From assembly GCA_963715335.1 (NCBI GenBank), contig CAVQRZ010000043.1, positions 9,657 to 73,656 on the forward strand: a DNA stretch of 64,000 bases, written 5' to 3'. The stretch comes from an uncultured delta proteobacterium. Lineage in GTDB: Bacteria > Desulfobacterota > Desulfuromonadia > Desulfuromonadales > BM103. The notes below the pieces were generated by a model, which saw only the letters and a program-made list of their open reading frames with translations, was not told the origin of the DNA and ran no database searches. The translations under genes were made by a program, and so were the position numbers. This document shows, in pieces, positions 27,923-37,943 of the stretch. The first letter of the stretch is position 1, and every line of letters starts with the position of its first letter.

Positions 27923-30580
27923 CTATTTCAAAGCCTGGATCTTCCTCAGGCTTTCCTGCAACAGCGACAACTTCTCCTTGGCATCTTTGAGCTTGCCACG
28001 ATCCTTCTCAAGGACTTGTGGCGGGGCGTTAGCAACGAATTTCTCATTTGACAACTTCCTGGTAAAGAGATCGACGTCTATCTGGACTTTGGCGATCTCC
28101 TTCTGCAGGCGCTTTTCCTCTTCGGCAACATCCACGAGACCGGCCAGCGGCAAAGAGATTTCCACATCACCGGCAACCTGGGTAGCAGATTGCTCCGGCG
28201 GAGTGAGGTTCTGACCAATGGTCAGCTCGCCGACCTTGCCAAGCACGCGGATGGCAGCGCTGCCCTCTTCGAGAATCTCCCTTGAGCGGTCGCTTTTACA
28301 GTTGAGCAAAGCCGTCACCTGTCTGCCGGGGGGGACATCCATCTCACCACGGATGTTCCGGATTGCCCGGATGACCTCCATGACCAACTCCATCCGTTCA
28401 GCGCCGGCGGTATCTGTCGGCAACCCGGCTCCGTTCGGAAATTCCGCCTGCATGATCGTCACGCAGGGGCGCTCACCAGGCAGAACCTGCCAGATTTCTT
28501 CGGTAATAAAAGGGATGAACGGGTGCAACAGGCGCAGCAGTTGCTCGAGCACGCTGAACAGAACGCTCTGCACCCTGAGCCTGGCCCGAGGATCATCTCC
28601 ATAGAGATCATCCTTGGCCATTTCGATGTACCAGTCACAGAAATTGTGCCAGGTAAAGGCATAGAGCGTGCTGGCTGCTTCGTTGAATTTGTAACCGTCG
28701 AGAGCCTGGCCGGTCTGACGGATGGTTTCTTCCAGGCGAGTCAGAATCCAGCGATCAGCATCGGACAGGTCAAGTTCGTTCAGGTCGATTCCGGACGGAT
28801 CGAAATCTTCGAGATTCATCAGGGCGAAACGGCTGGCATTCCAGAGCTTGTTACAGAAATTCCGGTAACCGGCGATTCTCTCAGTGGAAAGTTTGATGTC
28901 ACGGCCCATGGCTGCGAACGAGGTTAGCGTGAAGCGGAAGGCATCCGCGCCGTACTCATCGATAACATGCAGCGGGTCGATCACGTTGCCTTTGCTCTTG
29001 CTCATCTTCTGACCCTGGGCATCGCGCACCAGGGCGTGGATATAGACGTCCCTGAAGGGCACGTCCTGCATAAACCTGATCCCCATCATCAGCATGCGCG
29101 CCACCCAGAAGAACAGGATGTCGAAGCCGGTGACCAGGCAGGATGTCGGGTAAAACTTCGTTAGCGTGTCGGTCCGGTCAGGCCAACCCATGGTCGAGAA
29201 AGGCCAGAGAGCCGAGGAGAACCAGGTGTCGAGGACATCGGTGTCCTGACGGATGTCTGCGCTGCCGCAGTAAGCACAAACCGTGGCATCCGTACGGCAG
29301 ACCGTCAATTCGGCGCAATCCTCGCAGTACCAAACCGGAATCCGGTGCCCCCACCAAATCTGGCGGCTGATACACCAGTCCTGGAGGTTGAACATCCACT
29401 CGAAATAGGTCTTTTCCCACTGCTGAGGGACAATCCGGGTATCACCCTGCTGCACAGCCTTGATCGCCTCCTCAGCAAGGGGGCCGACCTTGACGTACCA
29501 TTGCAGGGAGAGATAAGGCTCGATCACGGTCCTGCAACGGTAACATTCGCCGACAGCGTTTTCGTAGTTGTCGATTTTCTCCAGCAGGCCCTGATTCTCC
29601 AGGTCGGCAACGACGTTGGCGCGGGCCTCGTAGCGCTCCTGGCCCTGGTAAGGTCCGCCATTTTCGTTAACAATGCCTGACTCGTCGAAGATATTGATCT
29701 CCTCCAGGTTGTGTCGTTTTCCCAGTTCAAAGTCGTTGAAATCATGGGCCGGGGTAATTTTCACCGCCCCGCTGCCGAAATCCTTGTCCACGTATTCATC
29801 GGCGACAATCGGAATTTCACGATTGACCAACGGCAAAAGCACCTTCCTGCCGACCAGGTCCCGGTAACGTTCATCCTCAGGGTGAACAGCAACAGCCGCA
29901 TCACCGAGCATTGTTTCCGGGCGCGTGGTTGCCACAACCATAAACCTATCGCTACCGATCACCGGGTAACGCAGGTGCCACAAGTGGCCTTGCTTGTCCT
30001 CATGTTCAACTTCCAGGTCCGACAAGGCGGTATGACAGCGCGGGCACCAGTTGATCAGGCGATTGGCGCGATAGATCAGGCCATCTTCGTAGAGACGGAC
30101 AAAAACCTCCCTGACTGCCGTGGAGAGCCCTTCGTCCATGGTAAAACGTTCACGTTCCCAGTCACAGGAAGCACCGAGCCGTTTGAGCTGTTCGATGATC
30201 TTGCCGCCGGACTCTTCACGCCATTGCCAGACCCTTTCAATAAAGGGCCCGCGACCGATAGCATGCCGGTCTGTGCCCTCAGCGCCCAGCTGCTTTTCAA
30301 CCACGTTCTGGGTCGCAATGCCGGCATGGTCGGTACCCGGCATCCAGAGGACTTCGCAGCCACACATGCGTTTCCAGCGACAGAGGATGTCCTGCAGGGT
30401 ATTGTTGAGGGCATGCCCCATGTGCAGCACACCGGTAACATTAGGGGGCGGGATTACGATCGAGTAATGCGGCTTCTTAGAGTTTTCGTCGGCGCGGAAA
30501 TAACCGCTGGCCTCCCATTCCTGATACCACCTGCGCTCGACATCATGCGGCTCATAACCCTTGCTCAACTTCTTTTCCAT
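27923..30580 (-). CDS. valS: Valine--tRNA ligase
   Basis: PPPNVTGVLHMGH, DWCISRQIWWGHRIP, KMSKS, C-terminal coiled coil; start taken at MEKKL. Confidence 0.97.
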   Translation of the reverse strand: MEKKLSKGYEPHDVERRWYQEWEASGYFRADENSKKPHYSIVIPPPNVTGVLHMGHALNNTLQDILCRWKRMCGCEVLWMPGTDHAGIATQNVVEKQLGAEGTDRHAIGRGPFIERVWQWREESGGKIIEQLKRLGASCDWERERFTMDEGLSTAVREVFVRLYEDGLIYRANRLINWCPRCHTALSDLEVEHEDKQGHLWHLRYPVIGSDRFMVVATTRPETMLGDAAVAVHPEDERYRDLVGRKVLLPLVNREIPIVADEYVDKDFGSGAVKITPAHDFNDFELGKRHNLEEINIFDESGIVNENGGPYQGQERYEARANVVADLENQGLLEKIDNYENAVGECYRCRTVIEPYLSLQWYVKVGPLAEEAIKAVQQGDTRIVPQQWEKTYFEWMFNLQDWCISRQIWWGHRIPVWYCEDCAELTVCRTDATVCAYCGSADIRQDTDVLDTWFSSALWPFSTMGWPDRTDTLTKFYPTSCLVTGFDILFFWVARMLMMGIRFMQDVPFRDVYIHALVRDAQGQKMSKSKGNVIDPLHVIDEYGADAFRFTLTSFAAMGRDIKLSTERIAGYRNFCNKLWNASRFALMNLEDFDPSGIDLNELDLSDADRWILTRLEETIRQTGQALDGYKFNEAASTLYAFTWHNFCDWYIEMAKDDLYGDDPRARLRVQSVLFSVLEQLLRLLHPFIPFITEEIWQVLPGERPCVTIMQAEFPNGAGLPTDTAGAERMELVMEVIRAIRNIRGEMDVPPGRQVTALLNCKSDRSREILEEGSAAIRVLGKVGELTIGQNLTPPEQSATQVAGDVEISLPLAGLVDVAEEEKRLQKEIAKVQIDVDLFTRKLSNEKFVANAPPQVLEKDRGKLKDAKEKLSLLQESLRKIQALK

Positions 30581-30689
30581 CGGTGTGGCATCCTTCCAAT
30601 GTGACGTTGCGTGAATGTTACCCGACAAAAGGAAATGGGGATTTTAGCAATCCCCATTTCACTCGTCAATTATTGAGTCTGGCCTGTTG

Positions 30690-31838
30690 TCAGGCGGCAG
30701 CATCCTTGATCTTGCGAATCTCTTCTCGAATCAGGGTTTCCGCCAGGTCGGGGACCACCTCCCAGGCAACCCGCTCGAGGATCGATCCAGCCAGTTTTTC
30801 AACAACTTTGGTGACGACCTTTTCGATAACCTGTTCGATCTCGCTCTCGCTCAGGGCCGCAGCTGCAGCAGGGGCCGATGCGGTGACCGGCGCCTCGACA
30901 AAAGGCGCCTCCTCTGCAGCGAAGACGTCATTTTCAACGGCAGGCATCTGTTTTGTCGGGTCGACAAAACTCTCTTGTTCGGGGGAGGCATCACGGGACC
31001 AGGCCGCAAGCGTCTGCTCCTCAGGGACAGGTTCGAGATCTTCTGCACCGAGGATATCATCCTCACCGAGCGGCATGATCTCTTCTTCGGTCATGTCGAA
31101 GTCAGCCAGGTCGACCCCTTCGTCCGATGATGCAGTCTCACCTGTGGCGGCCTGGGCGTCTTCAGCAAAGCTGAAATCTTCCGCGAGCTCTGAACCAGGC
31201 TCTTCGACAACGGCATCAGATTCTTCAACTACAGGCGTGACGACTTCAGCTTCTGCAGCAACATCGCTCCAGTCATTTGCCGCGGCAACTGGCTCAGGAG
31301 CAAAAACCTGGGTCTCATCATCAAAAGAGATATCGCCAAACACGTCATCAGGCTCTGCAGCAATATCACCAGCCGTAGTGAGAGGCTGGTCAAAATCAGC
31401 CAGGGGGGGCTTGTCCTCAACCACCGGGCCCGCCGCGGCGGCCGGCTGCGGCACAGGAGCTGCAGAAGGGGCAGGTTTCAGCAATCCTGCAACCTTGTCG
31501 ATCAGGTTCTGTGATTCAAAGGGCTTCTCGATCCAGGCGTCCGCCTGGCAACTCCTGGCCTTCTCTTCATCAAAGGGCTCAAACGAGCCAGCCAAAAGCA
31601 GTACCGGGGTATTTTTTAGAGCAGGGTCCTGTTTGATGGCAGTGGTCAACTCATAACCATTCTTGCCCGGCATATAAACGTCCGCCATGACCAGATCAGG
31701 TTTGAGCTCCCGGGCCTTGGCCAGAGCAGCATCACCGTTATCGGTAATGGTCAGATCATAATCCTCATGTGCAAAGGTGATCTGAATGACTTTCTGAATC
31801 GTAATACTGTCGTCGGCCAACAGCAGTTTCTTGCTCAT
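30690..31838 (-). CDS. RomR-like response regulator (receiver, acidic/Pro linker, conserved C-terminal helix)
   Basis: LLADDSITIQKV receiver; ERVAWEVVPDLAETLIREEI tail; next to valS. Confidence 0.8.
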   Translation of the reverse strand: MSKKLLLADDSITIQKVIQITFAHEDYDLTITDNGDAALAKARELKPDLVMADVYMPGKNGYELTTAIKQDPALKNTPVLLLAGSFEPFDEEKARSCQADAWIEKPFESQNLIDKVAGLLKPAPSAAPVPQPAAAAGPVVEDKPPLADFDQPLTTAGDIAAEPDDVFGDISFDDETQVFAPEPVAAANDWSDVAAEAEVVTPVVEESDAVVEEPGSELAEDFSFAEDAQAATGETASSDEGVDLADFDMTEEEIMPLGEDDILGAEDLEPVPEEQTLAAWSRDASPEQESFVDPTKQMPAVENDVFAAEEAPFVEAPVTASAPAAAAALSESEIEQVIEKVVTKVVEKLAGSILERVAWEVVPDLAETLIREEIRKIKDAAA

Positions 31839-32051
31839 GCCAATCTCCTTATTCCTTCAGCCCGCATTGCGCAAACTTCTGATGCAGCATCTGGCAAATA
31901 GCCGTAAAGGCGCTAAAAAACTATCATATTGCTTTCTCAAGTGTCAAGCTTACATGATGGGACAGGGCATAAAGTCGCAAGGTTGCAAAGCTGCAAAGCG
32001 GGAAGGGTTATTCCTACCCGGTCTCATGACCCTGAAGCCATGCAGTTACGG

Positions 32052-33092
32052 TCAAATCGCCTTCCACGGCTGTGGGAAAAAAAGCTTCTGGTAGAGGTTC
32101 ATGGCATAGCGGTCCGTCATACCTGCCAGGAAGTCCGCCACGACGACCTCGGTTCCCTCTCCATGGGCCAGGTCGCCGCCGTAAAGTGACAACTTTTCAG
32201 GATCGGCGACGAAATATGCAAACAACTCCCTGAGCACCCGACCGGCCTTGCGGAATTCATCTTCAATGGCCCGCGCCCGATAGACATTGGCATGCAGCCA
32301 GTCCCGGAGTTCAGCCACCTGCTCAGCGATGGGAACAGAGAGCTGGATCGATTCACAGCCTGAGGCAAGGGTCGTTTCGATCAGGTCTGTGACCATGGTG
32401 TTCAGCCGCTGGGAGTTCTTGATCCCGAGGGCCGCCCGCAAATGCTGCGGCACATCATCAGAACTGATCAGTCCACCGCGGATCGCATCATCGAGGTCGT
32501 GATTGACATAGGCGATGACGTCAGAGAGGCGAACCAGCTGGCCCTCAAGGGTTACCGGGAGATCAGCCGGGTTCCGCCCCAACAGGGCTCCCCTGCCCTT
32601 GGAATGATGCAGTATCCCATCCAGGACCTCCCAGGAAAGGTTCAAGCCGGCGCCATTTTTCTCCAGTCGCTCAACGACCCTCAAGCTCTGGTTCACGTGG
32701 TGGAAGCCCCCCGGCAGGAGTTCAGCCAGGGCTCGTTCTCCGGCATGGCCAAAGGGCGTGTGCCCCAGATCATGACCCAGGGCAATCGCCTCGGTAAGAT
32801 CTTCATTCAGGCGTAACGCTCTGGCCATGGTTCTGGCGACCTGGCTTACCTCAAGGGTATGGGTCAAACGGGTGCGATAATGGTCACCCTCGGGGGAAAG
32901 AAAAACCTGGGTCTTGTATTTGAGCCTGCGAAAAGCCTTGCTGTGCAGAATTCTGTCCCGGTCAACCTGAAAAATCGTCCTGACCGGACAGGGTTCCTCG
33001 GCACTCCGCCGCCCTCTCGATGCACGACTATGACAGGCACGATCGCAGAGCATGTTTTTTTCAGCGGATTCAATGACCTCTCTTATAATCAT
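32052..33092 (-). CDS. Deoxyguanosinetriphosphate triphosphohydrolase-like HD protein
   Basis: DRDRILHSKAFRRLKYKTQV, RTRLTH, GHDLGHTPFGHAGE. Confidence 0.93.
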   Translation of the reverse strand: MIIREVIESAEKNMLCDRACHSRASRGRRSAEEPCPVRTIFQVDRDRILHSKAFRRLKYKTQVFLSPEGDHYRTRLTHTLEVSQVARTMARALRLNEDLTEAIALGHDLGHTPFGHAGERALAELLPGGFHHVNQSLRVVERLEKNGAGLNLSWEVLDGILHHSKGRGALLGRNPADLPVTLEGQLVRLSDVIAYVNHDLDDAIRGGLISSDDVPQHLRAALGIKNSQRLNTMVTDLIETTLASGCESIQLSVPIAEQVAELRDWLHANVYRARAIEDEFRKAGRVLRELFAYFVADPEKLSLYGGDLAHGEGTEVVVADFLAGMTDRYAMNLYQKLFFPQPWKAI

Positions 33093-33312
33093 TTATCATC
33101 TCCGATGAGAACTGTTATAAACACAGCAGAGCCTTTACAATGAACAGTGAAACTACAATTATCATCTTGACAACACGTCTTGAAAACGGAACAGTTGATG
33201 TCACGATTAATATCATGTTCAGGCTTGATTATACATAAAATCGTTGTATTACTATAGTTGGCTTTCTCAAACAGCCCCGGAACATCACATTCACTAACAA
33301 CTGGAGGAGAAC

Positions 33313-33747
33313 ATGGCAACAATTCTTGAAATGGCCGCAGATATCGTCGCAGCACACGCATCAACAACAAACATGACCAAAGAGGAGCTCGTTGCTGAGC
33401 TGAATGATGTCTATAATGCTCTTAACAACCTCGAAAAAGGGGCCATCAGTAATGACCAGGTTGAAGAAGAGCAGGGCCCCGCTGTCTCGCGTAAAAAAGC
33501 TTTCGGCAGAGACAAAATATACTGCATGATTTGTGGCAAAGGGTTCAAAACCCTGTCGCGCCATCTGAAAACATCCCACGAGATGTCCGCATCGGAGTAC
33601 CGCAAGCAGTTCGATATCCCCCGCGCACAGTCGCTTGCAGCCAAAAACTATTCTGACCAACGCCGCCAGATGGCGATCGACCGCGGTCTCGGCGAGAAAC
33701 TCGCCAAGGCCCGGGCGGCCCGCACTAAAAGCAAAACCAAAAAATAG
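33313..33747 (+). CDS. MucR/Ros family regulator
   Basis: CMICGKGFKTLSRHLKTSH zinc finger; YSDQRRQMAIDRGLG; GGAGG RBS. Confidence 0.92.
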   Translation: MATILEMAADIVAAHASTTNMTKEELVAELNDVYNALNNLEKGAISNDQVEEEQGPAVSRKKAFGRDKIYCMICGKGFKTLSRHLKTSHEMSASEYRKQFDIPRAQSLAAKNYSDQRRQMAIDRGLGEKLAKARAARTKSKTKK

Positions 33748-34109
33748 CCCGCCCAAGAGTGTATCAGACAAAGGCCTGGAGAGCTGCCGGATTGTTCCGT
33801 TTGGCTCTCTGGGCCCGCCGCACACCCGTTCGACGGTGCCAGACTGTCCGACAGCAAGCAGCGCAGTTCGAAGCAAGGCTCCTTCAACGGACGGCCGTGG
33901 CCAGTATGGCATCAGCGACCTCCAGCGCTTGGGCAGGTGAAGCCGTCAGCGACATGCCAACGGCAAATCATAACGACTGGTTGCGCAGGATAAAATTTTC
34001 CCCTTTGCTGAAACCGTCGAATACGTTAAATTGCAGGACATTTGCATTTGCAAGTAGGGATAAAATATTTCTGTCCGTTCACTAAGGTCTCGTCGTATAA
34101 GAACAGCCT

Positions 34110-34847
34110 ATGAAAAGTATCCTAGTCGCAGACAATCGTGCCGAACTGCTCGCAACCCTAGAACCGATTTTAAAACATTGGGGCTACCGGGTCCTGTCGA
34201 CACGCAGTGCTGATCAGGTTGCTACCTTCCTGCAAGAAAGCAAACCCTGCATGCTGGTCCTCGGCGAAGGCGTACTGGCCAATCCGGACCTCGCCTTCGG
34301 CAAAAATATCATGGCAAGCATTGAGAATGGTGAGCTGCCCTGCGTTGCGCTCAGGCAGGACGGTGCTGAAAAAGTCGCCGTGACTCCGGACGAGACCATA
34401 GATGTCCCGCTCGAACTTTTCGGATTGTTCTCATTCATCCAGCGCAAGGTAGAAAAGCACCCGCGCCAGAACCTCCGGATCAAGGTGAGGCTGCCCGGCA
34501 TGTACAGCATTGAAGAGGAGGACTTCATCCTCGCTGACGTATTGAGCCTCAGTATGCACGGGCTGTTTTTTAAAACCGCCACCAGGCTCAAGAAATGCGA
34601 CCGGTTGACCGTTGTTTTCCCCCTGTTTGGGCAATGCGCGGAGATTGAAGTCAAGTCAACCGTTCTGTACACGATCGAACCCGAGGCAAACAATAACTAT
34701 TTCCAGGGTTTTGGCGTCGGCTTCGACGACATCCCCAAACAGGACAGCGAGCAATTGCAGAAATTCATCAAGGAACGTTTCCTCAAAGAGGTGTCCTACC
34801 GCCAGGACGGGGTTGGTGAATTTGTCCAGGAGCGCCTCAAGAATTGA
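34110..34847 (+). CDS. Pseudo-receiver plus PilZ domain protein
   Basis: ILVADN receiver-like start lacking the phospho-Asp (LVLGE); RQNLR and SLSMHG motifs; GFGVGF. Confidence 0.75.
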   Translation: MKSILVADNRAELLATLEPILKHWGYRVLSTRSADQVATFLQESKPCMLVLGEGVLANPDLAFGKNIMASIENGELPCVALRQDGAEKVAVTPDETIDVPLELFGLFSFIQRKVEKHPRQNLRIKVRLPGMYSIEEEDFILADVLSLSMHGLFFKTATRLKKCDRLTVVFPLFGQCAEIEVKSTVLYTIEPEANNNYFQGFGVGFDDIPKQDSEQLQKFIKERFLKEVSYRQDGVGEFVQERLKN

Positions 34848-34856
34848 CGATACGCG

Positions 34857-36035
34857 TCAAACGAGCAATCCCGCGAAGCTCTCTCCGGCCACCACTCTGG
34901 GCACCTGGAATAAATCAGCCAACGTCGCAGCAATGTCAGCGAATGACTGACGGTCTCCCAGGGCACGCCCTCTCTCCATAGTTTTTGACCAAAGCAATGC
35001 AGGAACATATTCGCGCGTGTGGTCGCTGCCTGGCGTGGTCGGGTCGCAGCCATGATCGGCACAGATCACCAGCAGGTCTTCAGATCGCATTGCGTTAAAA
35101 AGTTCCGGCAACCAGGCATCAAACTCCTCCAGTGCGCGACCGAAGCCGATAGCGTCTCTGCGGTGACCGTAAACCATGTCGAAATCGATCAGGTTTGCCA
35201 TCAACAGCCCCCCGTCCATGACCGCAAGTGCGGCAACGATCTTCTTCATGCCATCATCATTGTCAATTGTTGTGACACTCCTAGCAATGCCACGTCCTGC
35301 AAACAGGTCGTCGATCTTACCCACGGCCGAGACCGTATAACCTGCTGAAGTCAGACATTCAAGGAGAGTCGTTTGCGGAGGTGGGGCGGGGAAATCCTTG
35401 CGTCGCGGAGTACGTCGGAAGCCGCTTTGGACATCCCCGATGAAAGGTCGGGCAATGACCCGGGCGATATCATATTCATCGGTCAGAACCTTGGCTGCCT
35501 GACATAAGTCATACAGCTTCTCCGGCGGCAGGACTGCCTCGTGTGCGGCTATCTGGAAGACGGAGTCGACGCTCGTGTAGAGAATCGGTCGGCCGGTCCT
35601 GATATGCTCCGCTCCGTACTCCCTGAGGATCGAGATGCCTCCAGCCGAGACATTCCCCAGCGGCCGTGCGCCGGAAATTTCGGTAAATCGTCTGATCAGC
35701 TCGGGAGGAAATCCTTGCGGGTAGGTCGCAAAGGGCTTGTCAACCACGACACCGGCCAACTCCCAGTGGCCGATAATGCTGTCCTTGCCTGAGGATCTCT
35801 CGGCAAGGCGACCATAAACTCCGGCAGGAGCACTCACGGCTGGCACTCCCGCGATCTCGGCGAGACAACCAAGGCCCAACTCCTGCATATGGGGTAAATT
35901 CAGCCCGCCGCAGGCCGATGCGACGTGCGGCAGGGTAGCGGCATCCTCATCGCCATAATCCGGTGCATCCGGAAGGGCTTCCAGGCCGACACCGTCCAGA
36001 ACGATCCAGATCACACGCCCACTTTTTCGCGTCAT
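34857..36035 (-). CDS. deoB: Phosphopentomutase
   Basis: IVLDGVG, SGKDSIIGHWE, RVIARPF, DFDMVYGHRRD, ADHGCDP, HTREYVP. Confidence 0.94.
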   Translation of the reverse strand: MTRKSGRVIWIVLDGVGLEALPDAPDYGDEDAATLPHVASACGGLNLPHMQELGLGCLAEIAGVPAVSAPAGVYGRLAERSSGKDSIIGHWELAGVVVDKPFATYPQGFPPELIRRFTEISGARPLGNVSAGGISILREYGAEHIRTGRPILYTSVDSVFQIAAHEAVLPPEKLYDLCQAAKVLTDEYDIARVIARPFIGDVQSGFRRTPRRKDFPAPPPQTTLLECLTSAGYTVSAVGKIDDLFAGRGIARSVTTIDNDDGMKKIVAALAVMDGGLLMANLIDFDMVYGHRRDAIGFGRALEEFDAWLPELFNAMRSEDLLVICADHGCDPTTPGSDHTREYVPALLWSKTMERGRALGDRQSFADIAATLADLFQVPRVVAGESFAGLLV

Positions 36036-36700
36036 AGCAGACCCGCGTTGTGACGCCACTGTCGTACGATCTTTACCCCGGCACTGGTACCTATGCGACT
36101 CGCTCCTGCTGCCAGCATCAGCTCGCAAGCCGGCCAGTCACGGATACCGCCCGCCGCTTTGACCCCGATTCTGCCGGCAACCACTTGATCAAGCAGACGA
36201 ACATCTTCCAGGGTCGCACCCGTAGCGGCGAACCCGGTTGAGGTCTTGACGTAACCGGCGCCGCCTGCAACAACAATTTCAGCCAGTTTGCGTTTGACGG
36301 AAGCATCAAAAAGGCAGCACTCGATAATCACTTTAACCAGGCAACCCTGGGTAACGGCAACGATCTTGCTGATCTCGTCGCGCACTGTCGTAAAATCCGC
36401 GCTGCGCGCGGCGCCAAGCTGGATAACCATATCAATTTCCCCGGCACCGGCGGCGATCGCCTGATCTGCTTCGAACACCTTCGCTGCCGTGGTTTGATAG
36501 CCCAGCGGAAAACCGATTACGGTGCAGACCGCAACTTCGGACCCGTAGAGAAGTTGACTGGCTTGTGATACGAAAACTGGCGGCACACAGACCGATGCGA
36601 ACCCGTATTCAACCGCTTCCTCGCAGAGTTCGGCAATTTCAGCTTTGCTGGTGTCCGGTTTTAGCAAGGTATGATCGATAAGTTTTGCCGGAGAATCCAT
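36032..36700 (-). CDS. deoC: Deoxyribose-phosphate aldolase
   Basis: IDHTLLKP, VIGFPLG, VKTSTGF, VKAAGGIR. Confidence 0.96.
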   Translation of the reverse strand: MDSPAKLIDHTLLKPDTSKAEIAELCEEAVEYGFASVCVPPVFVSQASQLLYGSEVAVCTVIGFPLGYQTTAAKVFEADQAIAAGAGEIDMVIQLGAARSADFTTVRDEISKIVAVTQGCLVKVIIECCLFDASVKRKLAEIVVAGGAGYVKTSTGFAATGATLEDVRLLDQVVAGRIGVKAAGGIRDWPACELMLAAGASRIGTSAGVKIVRQWRHNAGLL

Positions 36701-36743
36701 AACCCGAATATCCGTTCAGCTTGCTCCGGTCCAATCCGGTTTA

Positions 36744-37943
36744 TCAGGTGCGGTAAGCTGCGTTGATCTTCACATACTCATAGGAAAGGTCAGAGGTGTA
36801 GTAATAGTCACTGCCATCACCCACGCCCAAATTGACCGTCACGGTAAACTCCGGCTTTTTCAACACCTCACTGGCTATTGCTTCCTGCTCCGGGCCAAGA
36901 CCGAGCCCATTTTCAACCATTGCAACATCATCAAACCTGATGCTGATCCGATCAGGGTCAACCTCGACTCCCGCATAGCCGACTGCGGCAATGATCCGCC
37001 CCCAGTTAGCATCTTCGCCGAAGAAGGCTGTCTTGACCAGTTGCGATGTGGCAACGCTGCGGGCGGCAACCAGGGCGTCGGCATCACTACCCGCGCCTTC
37101 GATCTGGATCCGCACCAGCTTGGTGGCGCCCTCGCCATCGCGGGCAATCATTTTTGCCAGATCCAGCATGACTTCGCCAAGAACCCGCTCAAACTGCTCC
37201 AGTTCACTGGAGCCTTGTACGATCACGTCATTGCCCGCGGCACCGCTCGCCAGCAGCAGGGCCATATCATTGGTTGAGGTATCACGATCTACCGTAATGC
37301 GGTTGAATGAGGCATTGACCGATTTCTTCAGAGAACCTTCCAGAAGCCCGTCGGCCAGTTCGGCATCGGTCAGGATGAATGCCAGCATGGTCGCCATATC
37401 AGGATGAATCATACCGGCGCCTTTGGCCAAGCCAAGGATCCTGATTTCAGCACCTTCGAGATGCATGGTCCGACCACTCATTTTGGGAAATGCGTCGGTT
37501 GTCATCATCGCTCTGGCAGCACCTTCAAACTGGTCGTTGCCCAGCATTCTGCACAGGGTTGCAACATGCCCGTCAAAACAGTGCATTGGCAAAGGCACGC
37601 CGATGACCCCCGTTGAAGCAACAGCAACGAATTCCGGAGCGATATCCAGGGCCCCGGCGACCAGGTCACCGCAATATTTCGCATCCTGCAGTCCCTTTTC
37701 GCCGGTACATGCATTGGCGTTGCCGCTGTTGACGAGGATCGCCTGACAGAGGCCGTGACTTACCCTGGATTCGGTCAGTTTGACCGGCGCAGCGACGACC
37801 TTGTTGGTGGTAAAGACCCCGGCGCACTCAACCGGCTGATCGGCACAGATCAATGCCATATCCAGCTTTCCGGACTTCTTGATCCCAGAACTGCAGGCTG
37901 CAGCCCGGAACCCCTTGGGAACAGCTAAGGTGGGTTCAGTCAT
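36744..37943 (-). CDS. argJ: Bifunctional ornithine acetyltransferase / N-acetylglutamate synthase
   Basis: NSGNANACTG, KGAGMIHPDMATML, DTSTND, DGEGATK. Confidence 0.96.
   Translation of the reverse strand: MTEPTLAVPKGFRAAACSSGIKKSGKLDMALICADQPVECAGVFTTNKVVAAPVKLTESRVSHGLCQAILVNSGNANACTGEKGLQDAKYCGDLVAGALDIAPEFVAVASTGVIGVPLPMHCFDGHVATLCRMLGNDQFEGAARAMMTTDAFPKMSGRTMHLEGAEIRILGLAKGAGMIHPDMATMLAFILTDAELADGLLEGSLKKSVNASFNRITVDRDTSTNDMALLLASGAAGNDVIVQGSSELEQFERVLGEVMLDLAKMIARDGEGATKLVRIQIEGAGSDADALVAARSVATSQLVKTAFFGEDANWGRIIAAVGYAGVEVDPDRISIRFDDVAMVENGLGLGPEQEAIASEVLKKPEFTVTVNLGVGDGSDYYYTSDLSYEYVKINAAYRT

Noticed and set aside
30583..31656. Long antisense ORFs (also 38146..39141, 55306..56535, 58384..59316, 61305..62201)
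   Set aside because: Shadow frames of real genes, typical of high-GC DNA
33750..34100. GC-rich spacer after mucR as 6S RNA or a small gene
   Set aside because: Only weak long-range pairing; the overlapping ORFs have no recognisable features
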